DNA of 64,000 nucleotides from Parachlamydiales bacterium (GTDB lineage Bacteria; Chlamydiota; Chlamydiia; Chlamydiales; JABDDJ01): NCBI GenBank assembly GCA_041671045.1, contig JBAZCF010000002.1, positions 213,370 to 277,369 of the forward strand, read 5' to 3'. Shown piece by piece: positions 56,801 to 64,000 of this stretch (position 1 is its first letter; each line of letters starts with the position of its first letter). The notes under the pieces were generated by a model. It saw only the letters and a program-made list of their open reading frames with translations, ran no database searches and was not told where the DNA came from. The position numbers and the translations under genes were made by a program.

Positions 56801-57321
56801 TTGCGGTGGAGGAAGCGGACGATGCCGGCGGCTTCTTCAAAGATGGTGCGTCTTTCAAGGGGTGTGTAGTGGATGACTTGGTCGATTTTGCCTTGTTCAA
56901 AAATGGAGAAGGCTTCTTTCCCGATGCCTGAGTCGAAGAATAGTGCTTGTAGGTCTTTGAGACGCACTTGAGTGCCATTGAGAAGGTATTCGGAGTCGCC
57001 ATTGCGGTGAAGACGGCGTGTGATCGTGATTTCTTCGAATTCGATGGGAAGGGCGCCATTGATTTCTGTGAGAGTGATAGAGACTTCGGCAAGGTGTAAA
57101 GGACGACGATGGGAGGTTCCTGCGAAGATGATGTCTTGCATTTTATGGCCGCGGAGGGATTTGGCGGACTGTTCACCTAGAACCCAGCGGAAAGCGTCAG
57201 AAACGTTGGATTTACCGCAGCCGTTAGGTCCTACGATACCGGTGATGCCTGGATGAAATTCTAGCGATGTTTTATCGGCGAATGATTTGAAGCCAAAAAT
57301 GGTAATTTTCTTAAGACGCAA
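53866..57321 (-). CDS. smc: Chromosome partition protein SMC
   Basis: Walker A (GPNGCGKSN), long coiled coils with a hinge, the signature LSGGEK and Walker B (ILDEIDAPLD) are all present. The start is TTG at 57321, preceded by GGAGG 5 nt upstream. The N-terminus MRLKKITIFGFKSF is typical of SMC. Confidence 0.95.
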   Translation of the reverse strand: MRLKKITIFGFKSFADKTSLEFHPGITGIVGPNGCGKSNVSDAFRWVLGEQSAKSLRGHKMQDIIFAGTSHRRPLHLAEVSITLTEINGALPIEFEEITITRRLHRNGDSEYLLNGTQVRLKDLQALFFDSGIGKEAFSIFEQGKIDQVIHYTPLERRTIFEEAAGIVRFLHRKREALRKLEQTDLNLSRVEDILREVSQRIAVLEQQAASAIAYKERKALFELLEKQLMTTKWATGKQRLQQLASEETSLSERLEKLTAEISSARQELHQARIKAHDCEQAWKERSAEMYAKRNERDLFLRDRSHMAKRREELQHQIARWGQDLQALAVQNEKNTEEQGEQNDAHGELRSSLTELRSTLDEAQVRFDEKSQELEDTRRSQDESQKSRLALTQSHSSKQAEWKQLQARIEALNERLPPLEDKVSNLEQQKKETQDKQKIRADELKKLSDTIDTYKGQLDTLDNLYNEIKDSLATGQADGETLVKESATLQTRLHTLQELRSALDSFSPGCKRLLEDSAQPKNTLYGKITPLYELISPPPGQERAAAAALQPYGQTLVVATKEDLNLTLAYIKKHQLTDVTLFCAEDAPHSNLTHHFLDNLKIVNTLDEALSLHTPAWSNEGALIDHKRVLFYEPRREGNSFMREAEITSLQEQIDSLEHRKIQHSQQQRLHQERLSETQIKRTSLDKEMRTTEMKLVEVNYALLRHQADAKRIEDEFNILKAEQNKTREAIVESSLRCEDLASSVASLEKQLKLSETTSQHQSTLLDELFLIVKKEQANFENARKCWQEAYAKERQQQHSLEVLSLKKHEISQNIKKLHLEISQAKEALDSLCENNTDTTDQIETVQKLVLKLETSCQTLEKNTADAKQEAENLEKKLLSNEQNLKSIENDKHKLQVQASQLSTLQETLTSAYKEKYNDEFTPNSPLLEDIPQTEKQLKTLKQELDSTQNINMLAIEECSQDKQRSDFLSSQINDLKLSKNELAKVIQELDSQSRKLFEETFNAIRTNFQKNFAILFNGGEADLQFVDNDDLLEAGIEISAKPPGKQMRSISLLSGGEKCLTAMALLFAIFEVKPSPYCILDEIDAPLDDSNVERFLNVVKQFIDRCQFIIITHNKRTMAIADRLYGVSMQEKGVSKLLSMEFSNTYAVNA

Positions 57322-57425
57322 AGTAACCTCCGGGACTGCAAAGCACAGACTATACTGAATTGGGGCTAAATTTTCTATGACTTCTGCAATTTCAATTAAG
57401 TCTTTGATTTTGAGTATGTTTTATG

Positions 57426-58403
57426 TCATTGAGGCGGTGATGTCATTTCTATTTGTCGTTGTATGTTAGAGAGTTGTGATTGTTCGATATCGTCGCGTTG
57501 ACCTATCTGTTTGGAGGTTTTGACGATAGCGACGACGAGCCAGCAGCCCGAAAGGAAAGTACTGAGGGCAGCAGCTTCTAAGTTGTTTGGAGTGAGATAT
57601 TTGTAGATCACCATACAGCCAAGGCCTGCGGTATTTAAGATGAACTGACCACAGTCGTCATAGCGAGATTCAGTGATGACATTTTTGCGTACAACATCCA
57701 TGAGTAGAAGAGTTAACTCCGCCTGTTCATCTTCCAACCTTTTAACAGCTTTAAGAAGCTTGCGTAGGGTATCTTTGTCCATGCAGCAGCGTAGGTGGCA
57801 GGATAAATCAATAGGCTTTCTCCGGTCGTCCATAGATCTCAAGATGGAGAACCGTTCCTCCTCGGAGATTAGGGGAATTTCGCGTAAAGCTTGACGGTTG
57901 ATATAGATATAAGCAAGGTCGAGTGTGTAGGTCAGGGCTAGTGAAATTTCTCCCCAAATAATCATATTGTTGTAGGCTAGTTGTTGACCTTCTTCGTCAC
58001 CGGTATAACCGGCCATGGCAGCGGCAAAGCTGCCGCAGGTCAGTCCAATGTTACTAAATGTTTCGACCACTCTGCCCAACGAAATCAGAGTTAGTTTTAG
58101 TTGACGTGTACGAATACTGGAGACAGTATCTAAAGAGGATTTTTTAATTTGATCAAAATAGGTGGGGAAGGCGCATAGCCCTACAATATCCAGAGAAACA
58201 AGAGTTGCTTTAGTTAATTTTGGCGGAACATTGCTTAGAGATTTGCAGGCAAGGAATACACAATTAAGCCCAAAAACGCACGCTTGCTGAGTAAGCAAAG
58301 AATATTTTCTGCATTGATCTCTTCCTTCTTTAAGATATGTATGGGCATAGTTATAGCCCTCTTTAAACCAAGCTCCAAAATCGGAACAAGCCGTTGTTGC
58401 CAT
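57426..58403 (-). CDS. Hypothetical polytopic membrane protein (325 aa)
   Basis: There are several hydrophobic segments (ACVFGLNCVFLACKSL, LVSLDIVGLCAFPTYF, IGLTCGSFAAAMAGY, IIWGEISLALTYTLDLAYIYI, AALSTFLSGCWLVVAIV). I recognise no family. Confidence 0.65.
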   Translation of the reverse strand: MATTACSDFGAWFKEGYNYAHTYLKEGRDQCRKYSLLTQQACVFGLNCVFLACKSLSNVPPKLTKATLVSLDIVGLCAFPTYFDQIKKSSLDTVSSIRTRQLKLTLISLGRVVETFSNIGLTCGSFAAAMAGYTGDEEGQQLAYNNMIIWGEISLALTYTLDLAYIYINRQALREIPLISEEERFSILRSMDDRRKPIDLSCHLRCCMDKDTLRKLLKAVKRLEDEQAELTLLLMDVVRKNVITESRYDDCGQFILNTAGLGCMVIYKYLTPNNLEAAALSTFLSGCWLVVAIVKTSKQIGQRDDIEQSQLSNIQRQIEMTSPPQ

Positions 58404-58456
58404 ATTATTTTGTTGAAGTTAAGATGTTCGAAATCCAAATCAAGTAGGAGAATATT

Positions 58457-59080
58457 ATGCACAAAACACTATTTATCTATATGGCTGGAACGATCAAAAA
58501 AGGGCATGATAATGACAAAGAACTTGATTGGTCAGAAAATGATTTAGCGTTCTTGAGGCAGCATCTGAATGTGGAAGAAGTTGTATTTCTTAATCCTGCA
58601 GATAGGCTTGACAACCTTGGACTGCAAAAATCAGTCTTTGGTAGAGACCTGTTTCAAGTCTATTCCAGCCAACTTGTGCTTGTCGATGGGCGTGGTAAAA
58701 GAGGTCTGGGAGTAGGGGCGGAAATGATGTTTGCCAAAATGAACCGTGTCCCTGTCGTGGCGTGGGTACCTAATGAAACATATTACCACCGTAAAGATGT
58801 GCATATATTGGGACAGTTTGTAGAAGACTATATGCATCCTTTTATTTACAACCTTTGCGACTACATAGCACAAGATTTATCGGATGCTTCCCAGTGGATC
58901 AACAACGAATTATTGGCTAATAAAGCCGCTATAAAAGGGCCGGAATACCTGCACGAGACAGTCAGCCATTATCTTGAGGATCAGCTAGATAAAGACACAA
59001 CGATGAAGCACTGGATTGATACGCATCCACGCTTGAAAGCGAAAGCTGAAAGTTTTGCTTGTCTCGATTGTTGTCATTGA
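58457..59080 (+). CDS. Nucleoside 2-deoxyribosyltransferase-like fold protein (tentative)
   Basis: The N-terminal LFIYMAGTIKKG and the later VLVDGRGKRGLGVGAEMMFAKMNRVPVVAW resemble the IYLAG...G(T)xxExGxAxxxGKPV pattern of that family. The assignment rests on the motifs alone. Confidence 0.45.
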   Translation: MHKTLFIYMAGTIKKGHDNDKELDWSENDLAFLRQHLNVEEVVFLNPADRLDNLGLQKSVFGRDLFQVYSSQLVLVDGRGKRGLGVGAEMMFAKMNRVPVVAWVPNETYYHRKDVHILGQFVEDYMHPFIYNLCDYIAQDLSDASQWINNELLANKAAIKGPEYLHETVSHYLEDQLDKDTTMKHWIDTHPRLKAKAESFACLDCCH

Positions 59081-59138
59081 TAATTAACTGATTGAGGGAT
59101 ATCTTTGTTATTAATCTTCTAAAATCTATGGGCTAATT

Positions 59139-60419
59139 ATGCTAGATATACGTTTGTTACGAAAAGATCACGCTGCAATAGAACAAAAACTAAAGACCAA
59201 AGATCCCTCCATCTCGCTAGGTAGCCTTCTTACTTTGGATGAGGAATTAAGAACCCTTAAAACAAAGATTGAAGCACTCAAAGCAAGCCTTAATGAGCAA
59301 TCCAAAAAGATTGGACTTATGAAACGCAAAGGGGAAGATACAACCCCATTAATGAATGAAGTATCCTCTTTAGGCACTGAGATTAGCGTTTTAGAACCCA
59401 AAATCGACGAGTTAGAAAAAGCTTATAATAACGAACTCGCATCTTTGCCGAACATTCCGATGGATGACGTTAAGGTGTCACAGTCACCTGCTGATAACGT
59501 GGTGATAAAAACTTATGGGGAAAAGCCTGAGTTTACCTTTCCCTTTAAAAACCATGTCGAACTTAATGAGAAACTCCACTTGTTCGATTTTAAGGCAGGG
59601 GCTAAGCTAGCCGGTTCTGGATGGCCTGTTTACCGCAATTGGGGTGCAAGATTGGAGTGGGCGCTTATCAACTATATGTTAAGCCAGCAAATTGCCAATG
59701 GCTTCATGATGTGGATGCCACCGCTTTTGGTAAAGCCTGAAATCGAATACGGTGCAGGGCAACTTCCCAAATTCGAGATGCAGCAGTTCAAAATCAATGA
59801 TCCAGACTATAACCTTTATCTTATTCCAACTTCAGAAGTTCCTTTGAATGGGATCCATTTGGACGAGATCATCAACGAGAGCGAGCTGCCTTTAAAATAT
59901 ACTGCCTATACTCCCTGTTTCCGCCGTGAAGCGGGCGCTGCAGGCTCACAAGAGCGTGGGCTTATCCGTATGCATCAGTTCAATAAAGTAGAAATGTTTT
60001 GCTTTACAAAACCTGAAGACAGCAATAAGACCTTTGACGAGATGATGCGTCATGCAGAGAAGATCCTAGAAAACTTAAATATCCACTATCGCAGTACACT
60101 GCTTGTGACAGGAGATATGTCCTTTGGAGCTGCTAAAACAGTAGATATCGAGGTATGGCTGCCCGGGCAGAATCGTTATTACGAAGTATCATCTATTTCC
60201 AACTGTACGGACTATCAAGCACGCCGTTCACAAACACGCTATAGAAAAAGCGATGGCAAACTGGATTTTGTACATACGCTCAACGGATCGGGCCTTGCGA
60301 CATCGCGCCTTATGGTAGCTATTCTCGAGAATAATCAGAATGAAGATGGTTCCATCAATATACCGAAGCCACTTCAGCCTTATCTGGATAATCTTACTAT
60401 CCTTCATCCTACGAAATAG
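59139..60419 (+). CDS. serS: Seryl-tRNA synthetase
   Basis: There is an N-terminal coiled-coil arm plus the class II core (YTPCFRREAGAAG, GLIRMHQFNKVE, LNGSGLATSRLMVAILEN). Confidence 0.95.
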   Translation: MLDIRLLRKDHAAIEQKLKTKDPSISLGSLLTLDEELRTLKTKIEALKASLNEQSKKIGLMKRKGEDTTPLMNEVSSLGTEISVLEPKIDELEKAYNNELASLPNIPMDDVKVSQSPADNVVIKTYGEKPEFTFPFKNHVELNEKLHLFDFKAGAKLAGSGWPVYRNWGARLEWALINYMLSQQIANGFMMWMPPLLVKPEIEYGAGQLPKFEMQQFKINDPDYNLYLIPTSEVPLNGIHLDEIINESELPLKYTAYTPCFRREAGAAGSQERGLIRMHQFNKVEMFCFTKPEDSNKTFDEMMRHAEKILENLNIHYRSTLLVTGDMSFGAAKTVDIEVWLPGQNRYYEVSSISNCTDYQARRSQTRYRKSDGKLDFVHTLNGSGLATSRLMVAILENNQNEDGSINIPKPLQPYLDNLTILHPTK

Positions 60420-60590
60420 AGTTTAATCTATTATTCGATCTTTTCAATAGAAACGTTTCCTAGTATAGGCAATATACATAGCCCTCGACTGTCGAGGGCT
60501 ATGAAAGCAGCGACAAGTCCTTACAGTAAGGACAAGTCACAGCGTTCCTATACTAGGATAAGGTATTGCTATCTTATGGTCGCGGATTAC

Positions 60591-60638
60591 AAAGGATGCA
60601 ATCCTTTGTCAGGGGTCCAGGGGACAGAGTCCCCTGGC
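60591..60638 (-). repeat. Solo arm of the double-hairpin repeat family, overlapping the 3' end of the outer-membrane factor gene
   Basis: The sequence is CGCGGATTACAAAGGATGCAATCCTTTGTCAGGGGTCCAGGGGACAGAGTCCCCTGG. It has the same CGCGGATT end and the same two-hairpin layout as the arms at 38692 and 53806. Confidence 0.75.
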
Positions 60639-62099
60639 GGCTTCTGCTTGTGTTTCGCACGGAGGGTTTGTCTGTGGCGTGAGCGCAGTGTCGTCAGCAT
60701 CTAGAACCCATCCGCCGCCGAGAGCTTTGTAGAGGTTGACGACGGAGATGAACGAGTCGCTTTGGGCTTGAGCGAAGTCAAGCTGGGCGTTGAAGAGGTT
60801 GCGTTCGGCGTCGAGCACATTGAGGTAGTCGGTTTGTCCGTTCTGGTATTGGAGTGTGGCGAGTTCTAAGTATTCACGTAGGACTTTAACACGTTGTTTT
60901 TGCACTTCGACGAGTTCGATAGTTTTCTTGTGGGCAATGAGTGCATCGTCGACTTCGCGGAAGGCATTTTGGATCGCTAAGTGGTATTGAGTGTAAACCT
61001 CGTAGAGGAGAGTTTTTGTTTGGTCGATACGGGCTAAGGTTTTGCCGGCATCGAAGAGAGTTTGCATGAAAGATGCGCCGTATTGCCAGGTGCGTGCGGG
61101 CCCGGTGAAGAGATCTTTTAGGGTAATGCTTTCGTTTCCGTAGTTCCCTGTCAGGCTAATTTGAGGAAATAGGAGGGCACGAGCTTCGCCGGTGCGGGCG
61201 TTGGCGGCCACCATATTTTGCTCGGCTTTCCGTATGTCGGGTCTTTGGTCAAGAATATCCGATGGAAGACCTTCAGGAACTTGTGGCGGCATCTTAAATT
61301 CATCTAGTTTCAGCCCGCGTTCAAGAGGTTGGGGATTACGTCCGATGAGGATACTGAGAAGGTTTTCCTGCTGTGGTACAGAAATTTCAAGCTGTTTGAC
61401 TTGAGTACGGGCGGTTTCCACTTCAGAAGCAGCTTGTTTCACTTCCAGTTCAGAGGTTAGGCCTTCTTCGAAGCGGACGACGGCCAGTTCATACGATTTA
61501 ATTCTCGATTCCAGCGTTTGCATAGCGATGGCGAGTTGTTTGTCGTATTGGCTGAGAAGGAAGTAGGCGGATGCGACAGATGTAACGAGAGTGAGGACAA
61601 CGGTGCGGCGGTTTTCGATTTGTGCGAAATAGTCGGCGAGAGCAGCTTCGGTGGCGCTGCGGACACGACCCCAGACATCCAGTTCGTAGGAAGCGTTGAA
61701 AGCGAGGGCGTAGAAGTTATTGATGCGGGACAATCCGGAGCCGGGAAAGACTTGTCCTGCGGCGACGGAGAGTTCGTTGCGGTAGATTTGTCCTGAGCCG
61801 GTGATTTGCGGAAAAAGTTCTGAGCTGACGATACGAAGTTGGTCGTAGTATTCGCGTACCCTAGCGATAGCTGTTTTAAGGTCCCAGTTGTAATAGAGCG
61901 CTTCGTAGATGTAGCAGTTTAAAACTGGATCGTTGAATTCTTCCCACCAGCGGAGGTTGATTTCTGTGGTGAGTTCATTATCGACGATGCGCCAGGCGCA
62001 GGGGATATCGATTGCGGGGCGTTGGTAGGAGTGGTGCAATGTGCAAGACTGCATGGCGAAGATGAGGAGGAAGGTGAGGATAAACCTAGGCAACATCAT
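60609..62099 (-). CDS. RND efflux outer-membrane factor lipoprotein (NodT/OprM family)
   Basis: There is a signal peptide with a lipobox-like FAMQSC. The two-repeat OMF architecture is present, with typical motifs (NPQIRKAEQN-like DIRKAEQNMVAANA, LFDAGKT, VNLYKALGGGW). The start overlaps the pump gene stop as ATGA. Confidence 0.85.
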   Translation of the reverse strand: MMLPRFILTFLLIFAMQSCTLHHSYQRPAIDIPCAWRIVDNELTTEINLRWWEEFNDPVLNCYIYEALYYNWDLKTAIARVREYYDQLRIVSSELFPQITGSGQIYRNELSVAAGQVFPGSGLSRINNFYALAFNASYELDVWGRVRSATEAALADYFAQIENRRTVVLTLVTSVASAYFLLSQYDKQLAIAMQTLESRIKSYELAVVRFEEGLTSELEVKQAASEVETARTQVKQLEISVPQQENLLSILIGRNPQPLERGLKLDEFKMPPQVPEGLPSDILDQRPDIRKAEQNMVAANARTGEARALLFPQISLTGNYGNESITLKDLFTGPARTWQYGASFMQTLFDAGKTLARIDQTKTLLYEVYTQYHLAIQNAFREVDDALIAHKKTIELVEVQKQRVKVLREYLELATLQYQNGQTDYLNVLDAERNLFNAQLDFAQAQSDSFISVVNLYKALGGGWVLDADDTALTPQTNPPCETQAEAARGLCPLDP

Positions 62100-64000
62100 A
62101 CGCCCTCGCTGACTTGAGGTGTAACGGTGGGTTCCTCTTTCTTTTCAACCTTCTTGTGTCGCCAGTTGACTAGGCTGTAGAAAAGGGGAACAAGAAGGAC
62201 GACGAAGATAGTAGCGGAGATCATACCGCCCATAACACCTGTACCGACAGAGTGTCGGCTGGCGGCGCCGGCGCCTTTGCTGATGACGAGGGGGAGGACG
62301 CCGAAGATAAAGGTCAGCGAGGTCATAAGGATAGCGCGGAAGCGGAGTCGCGCAGCGTCTACAGCTGCTTCTGCAGATGTAAGGCCCCCTTCCTCTTGTC
62401 TGCTGACGGCAAATTCTACGATAAGGATAGCATTCTTTGCAGTAAGAGCTATCAGAGTGACGAGGCCGACTTGGAAATAGACGTCGTTGGATAGGCCGCG
62501 GATCCAGATGGCGATAAGGGCGCCTAAGATGCCGAGAGGAATTGCTAAGATAATGGCGACAGGAAGGGCCCATCGTTCATATAGAGCGGATAGAATGAGG
62601 AATACCATGACCATGCCGCCGAGGAGAACTGTAGTGGAGCTTCCTGAAGTCGCCTTTTCCTGGTATGATTCACCGGCCCAAGAGTAGGACATATCTAGAG
62701 GTAGAAATTCTTTTGCCATCTCTTCCATTGCAAGCATGGCTTGTCCCGAAGTGTATCCTGGGGCTGAATTCCCTAAAATACGCGCAGCATTGAATCCGTT
62801 GAAACGGCTGACGAGGGTAGGTCCGGTGCGGTATTCCACTTCGACCAGAGAATTTAAAGGAACCATGTCGCCTTTATCTGTTTTGACATAGACTTCGCCG
62901 ATGTCGGATAATTTAGCGCGATATTTAGGCTCTGCTTGAGCAACAACTTGGAAAGTGCGGCCGAACTTATTGAAGTTATTGATGTATAGGGAGCCTAGGA
63001 GAACTTGCAGCGTCTGGAAGACCTCGGAGATAGCGACACCCATAGAGCGCGTTTTGTAGCGGTCTAAATTGATGTATAGCTGCATATTGTCTGCTTGGAG
63101 GGAAGTATTGAGGCCTTGCAGTTCCGGCCTTTCGTTAGCTTTGGCGATGAATTCCCGTGTGACTTGTTCTAAATGGCTGATGTCGCCGTCGCCGCGGTTT
63201 TCTATCCAGAATTCGAAGCCGCCGACAGTGCCCAGCCCTTGGATAGCAGGCGGGTTGAAGACGAGGACGATCGATTCCTTGATTTGAGCAAACTTTGCTT
63301 GCAGAGTTTTGAGAATACCGCTGGCATAGAGATCAGGGGTTGTGCGTTGGCTCCAGTCTTTTAACACAACGAAATTTGAGCCGATAGTGGTTCTATTTAG
63401 ACCTTCGATTAAACTGAAACCTGAGAAAGAAACGACGTAGTCGACGCCCGCTTCTTTAAGGCTCATTTGGGTAATGGTGTCATCTACTTCCTTGGTGCGG
63501 TCCAGACTTGATCCGTCAGGCATCATCGAAACGACCATAAGGTAGCCTTGGTCTTCTTGCGGGACGAAGCTGGTAGGGATAGTTTGGAAAAGGTATCCCG
63601 TCAGAGCTAAAAGGAGGCAGAAGAAGACGATACCGGCCACAGCATTACGTACAAACCATGCAGAACCGAGCATGTAGAAGTCGGTGAATTTTTGGAATCC
63701 GGAATTGAATTTACGGCTGAACCATGTGTCTTTGTGTTCTTCTTTAAGGATCAAAGCTGCGACAGAGGGGCTTAATGTCAGCGCGACGATACCGGAGAAT
63801 ACTACCGAGATGGCAATTGTTACTGCGAACTGGCGGTATAGCTGGCCGGCGATCCCGCCAAGGAATGCTACAGGAATGAACACGGCGCAAAGGACGAATA
63901 CGATAGCGATGATGGGACCTGTCACTTCGTCCATGGCACGGCGGGCGGCTTCTTTAGGTTTAAGTTTATATTCGCGCATGTTCCTTTCTACGTTTTCGAT
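62096..64000 (-). CDS. RND multidrug efflux pump, AcrB/HAE1 family, C-terminal part (5' end outside the window)
   Basis: The frame stays open to base 64000 (IENVERNMREYKLKPKEAARRAM..., matching the AcrB VENVER region). It contains a C-terminal periplasmic porter region and a TM bundle. Confidence 0.9.
   Translation of the reverse strand: MENVERNMREYKLKPKEAARRAMDEVTGPIIAIVFVLCAVFIPVAFLGGIAGQLYRQFAVTIAISVVFSGIVALTLSPSVAALILKEEHKDTWFSRKFNSGFQKFTDFYMLGSAWFVRNAVAGIVFFCLLLALTGYLFQTIPTSFVPQEDQGYLMVVSMMPDGSSLDRTKEVDDTITQMSLKEAGVDYVVSFSGFSLIEGLNRTTIGSNFVVLKDWSQRTTPDLYASGILKTLQAKFAQIKESIVLVFNPPAIQGLGTVGGFEFWIENRGDGDISHLEQVTREFIAKANERPELQGLNTSLQADNMQLYINLDRYKTRSMGVAISEVFQTLQVLLGSLYINNFNKFGRTFQVVAQAEPKYRAKLSDIGEVYVKTDKGDMVPLNSLVEVEYRTGPTLVSRFNGFNAARILGNSAPGYTSGQAMLAMEEMAKEFLPLDMSYSWAGESYQEKATSGSSTTVLLGGMVMVFLILSALYERWALPVAIILAIPLGILGALIAIWIRGLSNDVYFQVGLVTLIALTAKNAILIVEFAVSRQEEGGLTSAEAAVDAARLRFRAILMTSLTFIFGVLPLVISKGAGAASRHSVGTGVMGGMISATIFVVLLVPLFYSLVNWRHKKVEKKEEPTVTPQVSEGV

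Noticed and set aside
53912-57256. About a dozen ORFs of 68-235 aa in alternative frames and on the opposite strand across the smc gene (for example 55201-55908 +, 56634-57176 -, 54078-54380 -).
   Set aside because: All lie inside the well-supported smc reading frame. Their translations are low-complexity (Pro/Ser/Arg/Gly/Phe-rich). They are explained by the scarcity of stop codons on both strands, which follows from the A+C-rich, G-poor codon usage of smc.
1-64000. I looked for tRNA or rRNA genes, and for transposase, integrase or phage genes that could explain the AT-rich giant locus as a mobile island.
   Set aside because: I found no cloverleaf-like T-arm or anticodon-arm patterns and no rRNA-like conserved blocks in any intergenic region. 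No ORF has transposase or integrase motifs. The giant locus has hairpins at its borders but no direct-repeat att-like sites that I could see.

Overview
This 64-kb window looks like a chromosomal segment from a chlamydia-like bacterium (phylum Chlamydiota, probably an environmental lineage rather than Chlamydiaceae). This is inferred from several features. There is a fused secDF. The order secDF / recJ / euo-like / tsp / gltX matches my memory of C. trachomatis CT441-CT448. An hrcA-grpE-dnaK operon sits behind a CIRCE operator. There are also an Inc-like bilobed membrane protein, glgP, and a chemoreceptor. Confidently called housekeeping genes are secDF (5' truncated), recJ, a RumA/TrmA-type methyltransferase, tsp, gltX, dnaK, grpE, hrcA, a large NAD-glutamate dehydrogenase, a VIT1 plus P1B-ATPase pair, an M18 aminopeptidase, glgP, smc, serS, and an RND efflux pair (outer-membrane factor plus an AcrB-like pump that runs off the 3' edge). 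The standout is a 21.5-kb, visibly AT-richer locus (11141-32653), one third of the window. It holds a small acidic protein followed by two tandem, full-length colinear paralogs of 3416 and 3464 aa. I cannot assign these to any family. They share an N-terminal GS...DxD...WDE...C-x4-HPA module. The second notable signal is a family of GC-rich double-hairpin inverted repeats with MITE-like architecture. They lie exactly at the stop codons of convergent genes, in two cases they encode the C-terminus and stop codon of the gene, and one copy carries a 10x heptanucleotide tandem repeat. Other points are an unannotated 57-aa membrane ORF, a gene class with strongly C-ending, G-poor codons that produces many phantom ORFs, and a small islet of candidate secreted proteins. 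I recognised no rRNA, tRNA, CRISPR array, transposase or integrase.
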